From positions 1-64,000 of IMG/VR virus record IMGVR_UViG_3300028377_000003: a stretch of DNA of 64,000 bases; one strand, written 5' to 3'. The DNA is from an uncultured virus (IMG/VR IMGVR_UViG_3300028377_000003) (taxonomy: Duplodnaviria; Heunggongvirae; Uroviricota; Caudoviricetes). Below, piece by piece: positions 47,597 through 58,288 of this stretch. Below the pieces are notes generated by a model, which was given only the letters and a program-made list of their open reading frames with translations, had not been told where the DNA came from and made no database searches. Every line of letters begins with the position of its first letter. The stretch's first letter is position 1. A program made the position numbers and the translations under genes.

Positions 47597-47978
47597 GGCG
47601 CTCACAGGACACTTTTTGGGCCGCCTATCCAAGCAAGTACATATAGTGGCAAAACGGATAGGCGGCCCTACTTCTATTCGTCGATCTGGATACGACATCC
47701 AGATCATATTCAAATACGAGCGACCTTTTGTAAGCATCTACGGGGATATGAGGACCCACGAACGTGATCTGATTGTGAAATGTTCCCCGATAGGAAGTGT
47801 AGAAAGTATCGAACTCCGTGAAGGTACGAATCTCACTAACTATACCAGTCTTTTCAAGCTCATAAAAATTGGGGAAAATGCAGCCAATTACGGTTGGCGG
47901 CGTGTACCCGGCAAGGGCATGAGCTATCAGTTCTACAAGAAACTGGTAGAAGGGTTAACCTCTTTGTGCTCAGTCTGA
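47583..47978 (+). CDS. Hypothetical protein
   Basis: MIRNRAL... overlapping the nadD end. Confidence 0.55.
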   Translation: MIRNRALTGHFLGRLSKQVHIVAKRIGGPTSIRRSGYDIQIIFKYERPFVSIYGDMRTHERDLIVKCSPIGSVESIELREGTNLTNYTSLFKLIKIGENAANYGWRRVPGKGMSYQFYKKLVEGLTSLCSV

Positions 47979-47982
47979 GCCT

Positions 47983-48951
47983 TTATTTCTTGCCCTTGAC
48001 GTCATCCTCAAAATCACCGGCTGTTTTCAACAGGGGCAAAAGGTGGGGACGTAATTCGGGTTTGTTATACGCCAGTTTGATCAAGTCGTCTCTGAGTTTT
48101 TTGTCCATAGCTCTTACATTGCGGGGGTTGATTTTGGAACGGTCCACTTCACCATCAAGGTCATAATTGTCTGGAACGGCTTCACCACTCTTGACGGAAA
48201 TCAAGAAATGCTTGGTAAGCTCGGTGGCGACGTTTTTAATCTCGTCGACACTGAACATGTCTTTCCACGACTTGGGGGCGTACTCTTTGAAATAACCCTT
48301 CGCTGCCGTTTCAACTACGGGAAGCATCAGCCGGGCGCTGGGTTGCTTGCCTTCAAGGAGGGCTTTCATCAAATCCTTCTCCTGTTCTCGAACCGCCTTG
48401 TGAAGATCGTAGTTGTTTTCAATATGCAACAGCAGGCTATTAGCCTCGGGGGTGTCCGGGCGTGCAGTCTTGACCGAAGCAACGCGCTCAAATCCAACCT
48501 GATCAACCATGTAAAGCTGGTTGCCGAACTGAATCACATCACCCACATTCATGCTGGTATGATTCAGCTTTTTGGACCGGATCAACGAATTAGCTTGGCC
48601 TCTAGGACTCCAGATTGTCCCTTGCATCATCTGGAAAACCTCGTCCGGGTTGCCCTCGCCCACTTCACCAAGAAGGACATGCGTCTCTTTCAAGTCTTGG
48701 AGGGACGAAGGGATCAACTCCGGCATGTTTTTAGACAGCCAATCATGCCCCATCGTAATGTCTCGACTGTAATCCCGCTTGTAATACCAGATTTTAGCAC
48801 CACGACCACCGTAACGGGGATCCCCGGTTACCTCGGTAGCATCAGCTATTGTGCGGTAGCCATCCATCGCCTTTTTCACAAAGGCTTTGAGTTGGCTTTG
48901 ACCTTTGGCGGTCCGATAGGCGCGGTCAATTAAGCGGTCGTATTTGGACAT
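47983..48951 (-). CDS. Multi-domain protein with a YodL-like domain and C-terminal LIKL peptide
   Basis: HTSMNVGDVIQ...YMVDQVGF (YodL-like); LRDDLIKLAYNKPELRPHLLPLLKTA. Confidence 0.7.
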   Translation of the reverse strand: MSKYDRLIDRAYRTAKGQSQLKAFVKKAMDGYRTIADATEVTGDPRYGGRGAKIWYYKRDYSRDITMGHDWLSKNMPELIPSSLQDLKETHVLLGEVGEGNPDEVFQMMQGTIWSPRGQANSLIRSKKLNHTSMNVGDVIQFGNQLYMVDQVGFERVASVKTARPDTPEANSLLLHIENNYDLHKAVREQEKDLMKALLEGKQPSARLMLPVVETAAKGYFKEYAPKSWKDMFSVDEIKNVATELTKHFLISVKSGEAVPDNYDLDGEVDRSKINPRNVRAMDKKLRDDLIKLAYNKPELRPHLLPLLKTAGDFEDDVKGKK

Positions 48952-49027
48952 GGAAATTACCTGTACAGTATCCAACGGGACATTTTTGATTCACATTCTC
49001 ATGCACTATCAAAGGAATACCGCCCTC

Positions 49028-49056
49028 TTGACGGAAAGGTGACGTTAGGGTATAAG
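49028..49056 (+). promoter_or_regulatory. Conserved promoter copy
   Basis: TTGAC-N18-TATAAG with TTAGGG. Confidence 0.8.
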
Positions 49057-49077
49057 GAAGTATACTAAGGAGGAACT

Positions 49078-49425
49078 ATGAAATTCGATCTGAAAAAACC
49101 GTGCAAAGAGTGCCCGTTCCGCAACGACAAATCAGCGTATTTGCGCAAAGGCCGGGTTCGTTCGTTGCAAGAAACTCTGCAGGCCGATAAATTTTCTACG
49201 TTTAGCTGCCACAAAACCGTGGACTACAGCGAAGAGGATGGCCGCAACACCGAAGACACCCAGCACTGTGCCGGGGCGCTCATCCTTATGGAAAAGCTCG
49301 AAACACCCACTAACTCAATCCGGGTCGCCGAACGGTTAGGGATGTACGACCGCCGTGAACTCGACATGGATTCGCCGGTGTTCGATTCGTGGGAAGAGAT
49401 GGAGGACGCCTGCAATGGGGAATGA
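49078..49425 (+). CDS. Cys-rich metal-binding hypothetical protein
   Basis: PCKECPF...FSCHKT...HCAG; GGAGG RBS. Confidence 0.8.
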   Translation: MKFDLKKPCKECPFRNDKSAYLRKGRVRSLQETLQADKFSTFSCHKTVDYSEEDGRNTEDTQHCAGALILMEKLETPTNSIRVAERLGMYDRRELDMDSPVFDSWEEMEDACNGE

Positions 49426-49789
49426 AGACCTTGTGGTCATTCGGTATCCGATAGGTGACTTGGATGACCACCGGCACCACCAGATACGTGATGATGAGGG
49501 TGATGTTCTGGCTTACGCCGTCATCTTACCCGACACACCGGAAAAAGGATTCACATATCTTGTTGGGTTGTACGTAGAGCCGGAACACCGTCAGAAAGGG
49601 ATGGCGAAGGCCATCCTACAGAGCGTTGAAAAGGACTTTGAAGGGTATACGATTATTCTTCAAGCACATCCCTATACTGATTGTCCGCTGTCGGAAAAGG
49701 AACTCCAGCACATGTACGAGCGCTGGGGCTTCCGAATCTATGACGAAGATGGATGGATGAAAAAGGATCTAGGAGAAAACTATGAGTAG
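49415..49789 (+). CDS. GNAT acetyltransferase
   Basis: LYVEPEHRQKGMA (motif A), MYERWGF. Confidence 0.85.
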   Translation: MGNEDLVVIRYPIGDLDDHRHHQIRDDEGDVLAYAVILPDTPEKGFTYLVGLYVEPEHRQKGMAKAILQSVEKDFEGYTIILQAHPYTDCPLSEKELQHMYERWGFRIYDEDGWMKKDLGENYE

Positions 49790-50099
49790 CGGGCGGATTC
49801 ATAAAGTGCGTAGCTACCAACGCCGCGTTCCTGTTGCTAATCCCGAGCATTACTGCATCGTGGCACCTGCACAGGATCGGCGGCGAGACATTCGGGAGGG
49901 CGTACCATCCGAACAAACGGAGCCGGATGGGTGCCTCATCCTGTATGTGGTGCAATGGTTTTATGAGGGTGGGGTCTTGCTGATATCGCTCTGGTTGTCC
50001 GAGACGACGACGATATGGAACTAGAACGCCACTATCCGCCCGGTACGCCGTTCGATTATCTTGTCCGTCTCATCAATGGGGTTGCTATTTTGGACCGCC

Positions 50100-50777
50100 C
50101 TACGTTTCTTCAGCTAGGTCTGGCTGGGTATCACTGACTTGGATGGCCAGTTGCAGTTGGGCAGGTGAACAACATCTTTCCGTGCGATCCCGGAGGTCTT
50201 TTGGAGGGTTGGTATCACACGATAGCCCTTCCGGTTCTCTGATATCTACTTTCCCGTCAGCCACCACGAATTCCACAAGTGGTCTGCATTTGTGCGCTAG
50301 CTCCACCGGTTTGTTTAGTATCTGTGACCGCAACTTGAGGTAAGGGAAGGTCTTGGCGATCAGGATCCAATCGGCCATGAGGTCCCCAGCGGACACCCTA
50401 TCCAGATTGTAACTGTTGCACCCGACTGTCCCGTCCCAACCACACCAGCCCCTAGACCCTTCCCAACAGGGCGACATGATTCGGTAATTGTGCAAGACCT
50501 TCAGGTCTAGGATCTGGTACCGTTCATGAAACTCAGTTTCGTAAACATCCCAAGGTGGTTGTCGCTGATAGCGTCTATTCCGCTCGGGCCGCCTTGTGTA
50601 AAGGTGATTCTGAATAGTTTCGACCCAATCAGTGTCGTTACACCACGTCTCGAAATCGGAGGTTCTGAAAAGGATCTCCGCCCGTTGTAATTCGGTGACG
50701 GGTTCCCCTTTTACGAGGAACCCGGCCCACATAGGAAAGGACTGTAAAACGCCTTCGATTTGTCTGTTGCGAATCAT
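50100..50777 (-). CDS. Hypothetical protein
   Basis: 225 aa, ATGA-coupled. Confidence 0.75.
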   Translation of the reverse strand: MIRNRQIEGVLQSFPMWAGFLVKGEPVTELQRAEILFRTSDFETWCNDTDWVETIQNHLYTRRPERNRRYQRQPPWDVYETEFHERYQILDLKVLHNYRIMSPCWEGSRGWCGWDGTVGCNSYNLDRVSAGDLMADWILIAKTFPYLKLRSQILNKPVELAHKCRPLVEFVVADGKVDIREPEGLSCDTNPPKDLRDRTERCCSPAQLQLAIQVSDTQPDLAEET

Positions 50778-51295
50778 GCGTTTTCGTCTTCCGGCTTGAC
50801 CCTGAAATCGTACTTACGACCTTTCGCTTTAGAAAGGCGACGTTCGAGGTTGTAGCGGTTTTTGACTTTCCCGGCAGCCATATTATGGACGTAGCCGGTC
50901 GACAAGTCCAGTACGTCCGCAAGCTCGTTGGCTGATTGCCATTGGTACTTGGCAGGGTCGTCACGCTCGGTGATGATTGCCCGCGCCTTGGGTTGCGTAG
51001 CGCCGCCTTCTCGAATCCCTTCGGATTCCCGCACCAGATTACGATACCGGCCCACGGTATGCTCCAGCACGTTGAGTTGGTTCTGGAGGTTCTCGACTTG
51101 GGTTTCCAGACGCCCCTCATACTCCATGCGGCTTTTCAGGATTTCCACGGTTTTGATTAACCGGGGCACCGCCACTTTCGTCATTTCCTTGGTAGGTGGA
51201 CAGCCCGCATTAACCCATTGACCATAAAGGGTCTTGACCAGTTCGAGTTCCTCAGCCGTCAGTGAACCGCTTTTTCTCAGGGTCGTGATATTCAT
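50774..51295 (-). CDS. Coiled-coil plus HTH-like protein
   Basis: SANELADVLDLSTGYVHNM; promoter copy at 51332-51362. Confidence 0.7.
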   Translation of the reverse strand: MNITTLRKSGSLTAEELELVKTLYGQWVNAGCPPTKEMTKVAVPRLIKTVEILKSRMEYEGRLETQVENLQNQLNVLEHTVGRYRNLVRESEGIREGGATQPKARAIITERDDPAKYQWQSANELADVLDLSTGYVHNMAAGKVKNRYNLERRLSKAKGRKYDFRVKPEDENA

Positions 51296-51537
51296 AGTCG
51301 TATCCTCGGAGTAGTTAGTTGATACTACCCATTTATACCCTACTTACGTCCTCACGTCAAAACATTTTATTGTGCAGAGGGTATGACACAAAAGTCAGAG
51401 GTGTTTTAGAGCACAGGTTGGAGGAGAGTCCCAGAGAGATCTGGGCTAGAATCAGGGATATAAACGTCACGAGACTAATTTATTTTATAAAATCCGGCGA
51501 ACATCGAGATCACGAATCTCTCTAAGTGCTCTCTAAG

Positions 51538-51915
51538 TCACGAGTACTTAGCCTGCACCCTATCCCACAGGTGCCGCAGGAGGTTTTCCGGTAAGGTCGT
51601 GTCGCCGTCTGAAATCCACGGACCCTTGCCTTGCACCTTTTGAAACTCGGATATCCACTTGGCCGCCTTGCACGGGGAACCTTCATGGTAAGTCTGGATC
51701 TGATCGGTGTCGACATACCACCGCAAGCCAAAGGTCGTGGTCCCCGCCCAATCATTCAATTGGTAAACCCATTTCACATGGACGTTTTCCCCGTGGTTGT
51801 ACACTTTGAATTCCCGTGGCAAGGGGAAGTGTGTTTTGGTGAGGAAATCTGAAACGCCCCCTGTCGGAGGTAGGATTTCTAGGAACATTCGGTCTGCAAA
51901 CCGGTTGATGATCAT
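51538..51915 (-). CDS. Hypothetical protein
   Basis: MIINRF..., 125 aa. Confidence 0.65.
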   Translation of the reverse strand: MIINRFADRMFLEILPPTGGVSDFLTKTHFPLPREFKVYNHGENVHVKWVYQLNDWAGTTTFGLRWYVDTDQIQTYHEGSPCKAAKWISEFQKVQGKGPWISDGDTTLPENLLRHLWDRVQAKYS

Positions 51916-52621
51916 AGCCTAGCCCTCACCTTTCAATGATGTTCTTGAACCTTTTAGCCAGACGGCGAACCTTTCCGCTGTCTTCATCGGGGTTTTTAGG
52001 TGCGGGTTGGTTGGGGGCCTCGACGACCGTAGCACCGGCCCAATCATTAACCCAATCGTAGGTATAGATGCTGTCTTGAAAGGGCCACACGGGATACTCA
52101 GACCCCTCTTGACCTTCGAACTCCACCTTGATGCAAAGTTCCTTAGCTTCGGGACGGTTCAGGACAGTAGACTCTGTGTCCTCACCTGTCACGGACTCGA
52201 ACACTTTCAAGATGGTGGCCCGGTGAATCATCGCCGACTGTTTCATGAGCCTCACCAGTACCGCGTCACCTTCCCGGACCATCTGACCTTCCGGCATGAT
52301 GTTGGGCAGATAGACAGCGAGATCATGCATTGTCATTTCTTCATGATTCATGTTCGGCCTCCCATACAGCGATCCGGTCACGGAGCAATTCCTTGTCCGC
52401 TTCCAGTGTACCATAATCTTTCCACATACCCATAACAATTCGGGCGGCAAAAATGACTCCCAACACGTGAAGCCCCTGCAGACTCTCCGCCCGGTAAAGG
52501 TCGGATAGGACCAGCAAGGGTAACACCACCGTTATGGCTATTGATTGAACCTGCATCCTCTTGGCACTGCGAAGCAGATACCGGAGGTCTTGTAGGTTCA
52601 TATTTTTGATTTTCGTGGGCG

Positions 52622-53473
52622 TTAGGCGCTCCATGCTAATGCGTACCTCGACGGGTCGTCTTGCTTGAGCACATATTCGATCGTCTCAACCACGATTTCC
52701 AGTGCGTGAATGTACCAGTCGAAAGAGGTTTCGTCACCTTCCGCCACCTCATTTTTGTACACGACGTAAGTCATCGGGTCCCCGGTCATTTCGCTGCGAC
52801 CTTCGATGAAACCGTGAACCGTGACGCCCTCTTGCAAAAAGAAATGGCCCCGGTGGTTCATATAAGGGCCGCCGTGGATGCTGTTGGCTTGTCTCTTTTG
52901 CTCTTCCGCGAACACTTCGAGGGCGATCTTTTCGTTTGTGACGTCTTCCTCTTCGATGTTTTTGAAAGGGTTGTACTCCATCTTCATCACGTTGAAATCA
53001 CCCTTCGTCTCGATGTCTTTTTTGAAGTCATCAAGAAGTGCTTTGGCCTTGGGGAGCACGGTTTCCCAATCCACCTCGACGTAATAGTCACTTTCCTTTT
53101 CGAACACGTCGTACAGGTCCCGCCCAATACGCCGTTGGAGCGCTTGGTTCAGGCCGCCGCTGTTGTAGCTTGACCTCCAGTACCCAATCTTAAACATGTG
53201 GTCCGGGTAAAGCTCAGAATCCTCGGTGATTTCTATGCGGCTGTCTTCCAAGGGGTTACCGTATTCGTCAACCACATACTCTTCACGCAATGCGGTTAGC
53301 TGGTCGTCCAATTCGGCTTTCATGCCAAGGGGCAAATCCCGCCGCTTTGAAACACCGGCTTTTTTGAAAAAGGTGGACAACAGCCCATCTTCCGCTTCGG
53401 TAAAGGAACGCCTTCGGCCTTTGAATTCGCTAATTGGTTCGGTGAACCGGTACAGGTATACGTCGAGTCCCAT
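52622..53473 (-). CDS. Hypothetical phage protein
   Basis: MGLDVYLY...IGYWRSSYN; GGAG RBS; promoter near 53526-53555. Confidence 0.8.
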   Translation of the reverse strand: MGLDVYLYRFTEPISEFKGRRRSFTEAEDGLLSTFFKKAGVSKRRDLPLGMKAELDDQLTALREEYVVDEYGNPLEDSRIEITEDSELYPDHMFKIGYWRSSYNSGGLNQALQRRIGRDLYDVFEKESDYYVEVDWETVLPKAKALLDDFKKDIETKGDFNVMKMEYNPFKNIEEEDVTNEKIALEVFAEEQKRQANSIHGGPYMNHRGHFFLQEGVTVHGFIEGRSEMTGDPMTYVVYKNEVAEGDETSFDWYIHALEIVVETIEYVLKQDDPSRYALAWSA

Positions 53474-53651
53474 TTGGACCACTCCAATTCGTAAGTTAAT
53501 GCTACGTATCAATAGTCACTACCACCTTTTACCCTAACTATCCCCTTTGTCAAAAGACTTTGACGTAGGGAACACTGGATGTTACGTTATATATAGTGGT
53601 AATCCACATGGCTATCGCTACCAAAACAACTCATAATGAGGTTATATACCG

Positions 53652-53963
53652 ATGTTCATGACGGAAATTGAATCTGACAAAATCACCGATCTGATGATTG
53701 AAGATTACTTCAACAATGTCCGGTCCTTTTGTACGCAAGACCTTTCCAAAAAGGAACTGGACACCGTTGAACGGACCGGCATCTTGTTGATGCAAACGAT
53801 GGTACAGGCAATCCTCCAGTCGGCGACGCCCGACAGACAGGTTGAGATTTTCCATCGTATCCAGATGCGGTTCATGATGGTCCTTCAGGACTATAACCGC
53901 GATTGGATCTGGGCAATTTTCAGTGAGTTCTCGGACCGGCTGCCCGAAAAGATGCTCAACTAG
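53652..53963 (+). CDS. Hypothetical protein
   Basis: GAGG RBS; divergent from the upstream gene. Confidence 0.65.
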   Translation: MFMTEIESDKITDLMIEDYFNNVRSFCTQDLSKKELDTVERTGILLMQTMVQAILQSATPDRQVEIFHRIQMRFMMVLQDYNRDWIWAIFSEFSDRLPEKMLN

Positions 53964-54678
53964 AACTGTAGTTGTCGTCGTCTTCCAAAAACTCAAGCGG
54001 AACCCCTAAGCTCCTATACATCTCTTCTTCGACAAAGCCTATTTCTCCGCAGGGGTTCCGCAAGGTGCTTGGCCCCATCAAAGATTCCGTCTGTAAGCTA
54101 CTGAAAGCCCGGTTCATTGAAGACATAGCGTCCGCTGTGTCTTCAATCGCTACACCTACCCGCCGCATTTGATTGGTCAATTGGCTACGAATTTCGAAAA
54201 AGGTGTTGTTGTTCCGGGGATGTCCGACGAAATGTTCAACTAGTTGGTGGACGCTACGGCCAACCTCCAAAGCGCTTCCGCCACCCCGCATCGCCCTTTC
54301 GACAATTTTATCGACGGGTATGAACTCCAGATCACCATGACCTTCCACCCAGAAACCTTCTCCGTTCAACTTCAGCCGGTTGTTGTATAGTCGGCCCAAC
54401 ACAGTATCAAGCGCCTTAGCGAAGCTCTCAGGCGTCCAGCGACTAAACTGCAGATGAGAACCGAGGATAGGAATCCGGGCCATATAAATGCCCCGGTCCA
54501 TGTTCACATCGGCTTTGGGGTTGCAGTATATTTCAACGTCCCAATCGCCAAATTTGCAAAAGATGTTCGTGGCGGACGTCCACATCTCACCTTCGCCTTG
54601 ATCATAAATGTGAAGGACACCCTCGAAAGCCTCTTCGATGATAATTTTCGGGGGGAGCGTAAAGTAATTACGGATCAT
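53956..54678 (-). CDS. Hypothetical protein
   Basis: MIRNYF..., 240 aa. Confidence 0.75.
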   Translation of the reverse strand: MIRNYFTLPPKIIIEEAFEGVLHIYDQGEGEMWTSATNIFCKFGDWDVEIYCNPKADVNMDRGIYMARIPILGSHLQFSRWTPESFAKALDTVLGRLYNNRLKLNGEGFWVEGHGDLEFIPVDKIVERAMRGGGSALEVGRSVHQLVEHFVGHPRNNNTFFEIRSQLTNQMRRVGVAIEDTADAMSSMNRAFSSLQTESLMGPSTLRNPCGEIGFVEEEMYRSLGVPLEFLEDDDNYSSS

Positions 54679-55259
54679 CCTTCACCTCGGAAAATCATGG
54701 CCACAGCCTTGCGCGTTTTTGAGGTAACACCCCACAAAGTGAGATCCTCTATCTTCACGACCCCGGAGGGGCTAGCAAGGCGCATCTTGAAAGATTCCTT
54801 GTCCGCAGGCCGGTAAGCGATAACCGCTTTCACAAGACCACCTATCAAAAGCTGTGCGACCTTTTTGTTATTGTCCCGCTTCACCACGTCCACAGTGTGA
54901 TAAGTGTAAGGTGTCTTGAACGTGTTAGCGACGATGTACGTCACGTAATTCAGGAAAATCTCATCTTCGAAATGGTTGATCCCATGTTCCACCGCATCCA
55001 GCAAGGTGTCGGCGTTAAAATAAGGGAGCACTGTCCGTTCGAAACCATATTGCATCGGGAACACGACGCGGAACGCATCATAAGCGGGGTTGTATTCAGC
55101 CCGATATCGGAAACCACGGACGGTAAACTCAATCCCCCGGACTTTCCGGCTGGCCTCGTCACGAGGCATCGAGACCTCGGAAACTTGTACGGCGGGTTCT
55201 AGAGTCTTGAGGTGCTCAGGATGAAAGCGGATAGTTTCGTGAAAGTAGTTTTTGATCAT
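54675..55259 (-). CDS. Hypothetical protein
   Basis: MIKNYF..., 194 aa. Confidence 0.75.
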   Translation of the reverse strand: MIKNYFHETIRFHPEHLKTLEPAVQVSEVSMPRDEASRKVRGIEFTVRGFRYRAEYNPAYDAFRVVFPMQYGFERTVLPYFNADTLLDAVEHGINHFEDEIFLNYVTYIVANTFKTPYTYHTVDVVKRDNNKKVAQLLIGGLVKAVIAYRPADKESFKMRLASPSGVVKIEDLTLWGVTSKTRKAVAMIFRGEG

Positions 55260-55274
55260 CGTAATACCTTATTT

Positions 55275-55715
55275 TCACTCCTCGGCGGTTTCGAAACGCT
55301 GCAGAAAATCGTCGAAATTGTTTTCGATGTAGCTATCAAGGAATTTGATCCTTGACCTCACGCATTCCCAACCCCCGTGATCCAGAAGGGTTCGGATTTC
55401 GATGAACCAAGTCATATCGTTGAGGTGTCTCTTGTTCGAACTCGAACTACGTCCCGTCCGTTTCGAGAGGTAATACTTCAGTGTACCCTCGACCGTATCC
55501 CATACTACAACAAAAGACTGTTCGCCCCTAGAGCGTCCGTTTTCTTGAAACCGAAATTGAAACTCCACCTGATCATTGATCTGATCCTTGCGTATCCCCG
55601 TGATTCGTGTCGGCGTACATCGATGTTCGAACAGGGTCTTACGCAAAGGACTTTCGGGTATCAGGCTGAGAAACAACCCGAGGTGGTATAGAGGGATGAT
55701 CTTCGAATCAGACAT
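55275..55715 (-). CDS. Hypothetical protein
   Basis: 146 aa with RBS. Confidence 0.65.
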   Translation of the reverse strand: MSDSKIIPLYHLGLFLSLIPESPLRKTLFEHRCTPTRITGIRKDQINDQVEFQFRFQENGRSRGEQSFVVVWDTVEGTLKYYLSKRTGRSSSSNKRHLNDMTWFIEIRTLLDHGGWECVRSRIKFLDSYIENNFDDFLQRFETAEE

Positions 55716-55834
55716 AGCACACCTAGTATACGTGTAAAATACCCCCTTACCATACCGATCGAAAGTCGCAATAGCAAGGAGAAGAAAAGCCCCAGCAACA
55801 TAGCCGGGGCCTTCTTAGTGGTCTGGAAAATGCG

Positions 55835-56605
55835 TCACTCGTCGGAATCGTCCAAGTTCGATATATCCGAAGGCGCATTGATAGTAGGGGATGACCCACT
55901 AAGGTCACGTACTCGGGTTTCCGTATGAACAGGGCCGCTAGCCCGAACACCGATAGGCGCTTGGTGTTGCTTCGGGAAAGGATGCTTCGGTTGAAGCTGT
56001 CGGATTTTATCCATATCAGCGCTTGAAGCCATATACTCCCGTACCTTCTCAATCGCCTCTTCGATCAAGTGGCCCGTCTTTTCTGCCGCAGGGACGCCTG
56101 ATACGAACACACGTGAAAAGACGTAATAGGCTTGGAAACGTGTGAGGTCGTTTTCCTCTTGGATGATATCAAGGAGGGCTAAGGCCGAATCCTTGACTTC
56201 CAGAGACTCTTTGGTGGGCGGCGTCGGGTTATCAAACGCATCGTCCACCATCGCCTTGGTCATTTTCTCTTCTTTGCGTACCTGTGGGCCTACGTCAAAA
56301 AGGTCTTCGAGCGCATCATCAATGCTACGGCCCTTTAGGGTCGTGATCTCAAAATAAGCGTCATCGACGGCTTTGCGAAGAGCTTTGACATTCGACGGGT
56401 ACTTGTAACTTGCCGTGTACGTCTTTTTCAGGAAAGGGACGGACAAACGGACAAGGTTTTCATTCTCCGTGTAGCTGTGCTCGGTCAAGTCCAAACTCAG
56501 TGAATCGTTATCTGTGCGGCGTCGTGTCCGCTTACTGAAACGCTTGGTGAACACGTTACGGTAAACAGCGTCGCCAACTTTCTTGATCTGATCTCGTAAA
56601 AACAT
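55835..56605 (-). CDS. Hypothetical protein
   Basis: 256 aa, GGAGG RBS. Confidence 0.8.
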   Translation of the reverse strand: MFLRDQIKKVGDAVYRNVFTKRFSKRTRRRTDNDSLSLDLTEHSYTENENLVRLSVPFLKKTYTASYKYPSNVKALRKAVDDAYFEITTLKGRSIDDALEDLFDVGPQVRKEEKMTKAMVDDAFDNPTPPTKESLEVKDSALALLDIIQEENDLTRFQAYYVFSRVFVSGVPAAEKTGHLIEEAIEKVREYMASSADMDKIRQLQPKHPFPKQHQAPIGVRASGPVHTETRVRDLSGSSPTINAPSDISNLDDSDE

Positions 56606-56616
56606 ATAACCTCCAG

Positions 56617-56649
56617 AAAATAGCCCCCGGTCAAAGCGACCGGGGGCTT
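56617..56649 (-). terminator. Terminator after the TROVE gene
   Basis: AGCCCCCGGTC/GACCGGGGGCT stem followed by ATTTT. Confidence 0.75.
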
Positions 56650-56656
56650 GATGGGT

Positions 56657-58279
56657 TTACAGATTCCCGTTGATGAACTCGTTGAGCAATGTAGGCACCG
56701 AAGTGTTACATCCCACGATATCAATCATACCGGGATCCTTGGGGTCTGCGATGGTGTTGCGGCTGGCTTCCATCGCCACAACAGCTACCCGTGACCCATT
56801 GTTCCGGGACTGCCGGTACTGATCAAGCGCCTGCTTGGGGTGGATATCCCCATACCACGTTTCGCTATCCGTGTAAATAACGAAAGCGTCGAAGTCCTTT
56901 GCCGTCCGCTTTGCCCATACCATCGGAAGGGCACAGTCGGTACGTCCGAAAGGAATGCCAGAGATGCTTTTGATCACATCGTCCAGTCGCTGACGGGGCG
57001 AAATGTTCAGAGGGATGAAATCGTGGGAAAAGCCCATGATTTCATAGTTCTCTTCGGTCCGCATCACCGTCATCGCCATCGCGGCACTTACTTCACGGGG
57101 CGTCAGACCTTCCAGTCCTGCCACCGATCCCATACCCATCGAACCGGACACGTCGAGAGCAAGGCAAATGTTCTTGCCGGTAGGCTCCACGAAATCGAAA
57201 GCGGCGTAGAACGCATCGTCCAGAGCATCCGTGATCTTCGGAACCGGATTCCATGTCAACGAACCCCGGAAACCTCGGCCCCTAGCGTAAGTACGCTGGG
57301 CATTCAAAAGATTGAGAGGGTGAACCCGCGCACGCTTGAGGTATTCCCGGTCCGTTAATCGCTCGACAACAATTTTCGTAGCATCCGACGTGTTCGTCAG
57401 GAGGCCCAAAGAGGTCATCTTGGACAGGTTACGGATCGTCGCCCACAGAGGCATTTTCTGTAGGAGTTGCTCCCAGACTTTGACGTCGTTGAGGAACTCC
57501 GTGGGGATGCACTCACGAGGCAAATTATGGTTTTCAATCAAACCGATAAGCTGCTCGACCGAACCCGCTTGCTTCGCACGTTCGAAAGCCCACACCCTTT
57601 TGAGGACTTCATCGGATTCCGCGTCGGAAACCAGTGTCCCCTGTGCCGCCCAATGATATAGGGCGTCACGGGTATCGTTTTCCGGCTTGACATGCGCCTT
57701 GAGCAACATGTCACGGTGTGACCAACCATTGCGGTTCTGATATTTGATCATCTGATAGGCCACGTCATCGTCAGACTTAGCCTTGTACCAGTTCTCAAAC
57801 GCCCGCATCGTGACACGTCCCCACCCGCCAAATGGCTTGATGAACTCTGCCAGTTGCGTGAGGTGGTAAAAAGTACGGCACACTTGTGGGACTGCTTGGG
57901 CCGCAGCACGCCGGGTTTCAACGGATTGCTCCGTGCCGTCATTGAACTTCAGCGCCAAAGCCAGTGCAAAGATGGCCGGATCGTTTCGGACAGCGCGACC
58001 GCTATCGGAAATATCGACGATGCGTTGTACCGTTGCGGGGCCAGCTACCCGGAGGCAATCGTTCACGGCTTTCGCATTGTCCACCGTCAGGTTGCGCTCG
58101 GTGACGTAATACGACCCACCTTCGGAACCGAGAATCAAAAACCGATCAAGTCGCTGCTGCATGTCGACTTCGTAACCAAAGCCTCCAGCATTGTTCTTGA
58201 TCTGGTCTGCGCTAATCGGCTCATCTTGGGGAGTCGCACCCGTCTTCTGGTCTGTCTTGAAATGCTTCGAATAATCCAT
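56657..58279 (-). CDS. rsr: TROVE-domain Ro60/Rsr ribonucleoprotein
   Basis: NNAGG..Y, RFLILGSEGGSYY, KYQNRNGWSHRD, vWA LALDVSGSM, GRTDCALPM, YTDSETW. Confidence 0.93.
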   Translation of the reverse strand: MDYSKHFKTDQKTGATPQDEPISADQIKNNAGGFGYEVDMQQRLDRFLILGSEGGSYYVTERNLTVDNAKAVNDCLRVAGPATVQRIVDISDSGRAVRNDPAIFALALALKFNDGTEQSVETRRAAAQAVPQVCRTFYHLTQLAEFIKPFGGWGRVTMRAFENWYKAKSDDDVAYQMIKYQNRNGWSHRDMLLKAHVKPENDTRDALYHWAAQGTLVSDAESDEVLKRVWAFERAKQAGSVEQLIGLIENHNLPRECIPTEFLNDVKVWEQLLQKMPLWATIRNLSKMTSLGLLTNTSDATKIVVERLTDREYLKRARVHPLNLLNAQRTYARGRGFRGSLTWNPVPKITDALDDAFYAAFDFVEPTGKNICLALDVSGSMGMGSVAGLEGLTPREVSAAMAMTVMRTEENYEIMGFSHDFIPLNISPRQRLDDVIKSISGIPFGRTDCALPMVWAKRTAKDFDAFVIYTDSETWYGDIHPKQALDQYRQSRNNGSRVAVVAMEASRNTIADPKDPGMIDIVGCNTSVPTLLNEFINGNL

Positions 58280-58288
58280 GAAACACCT

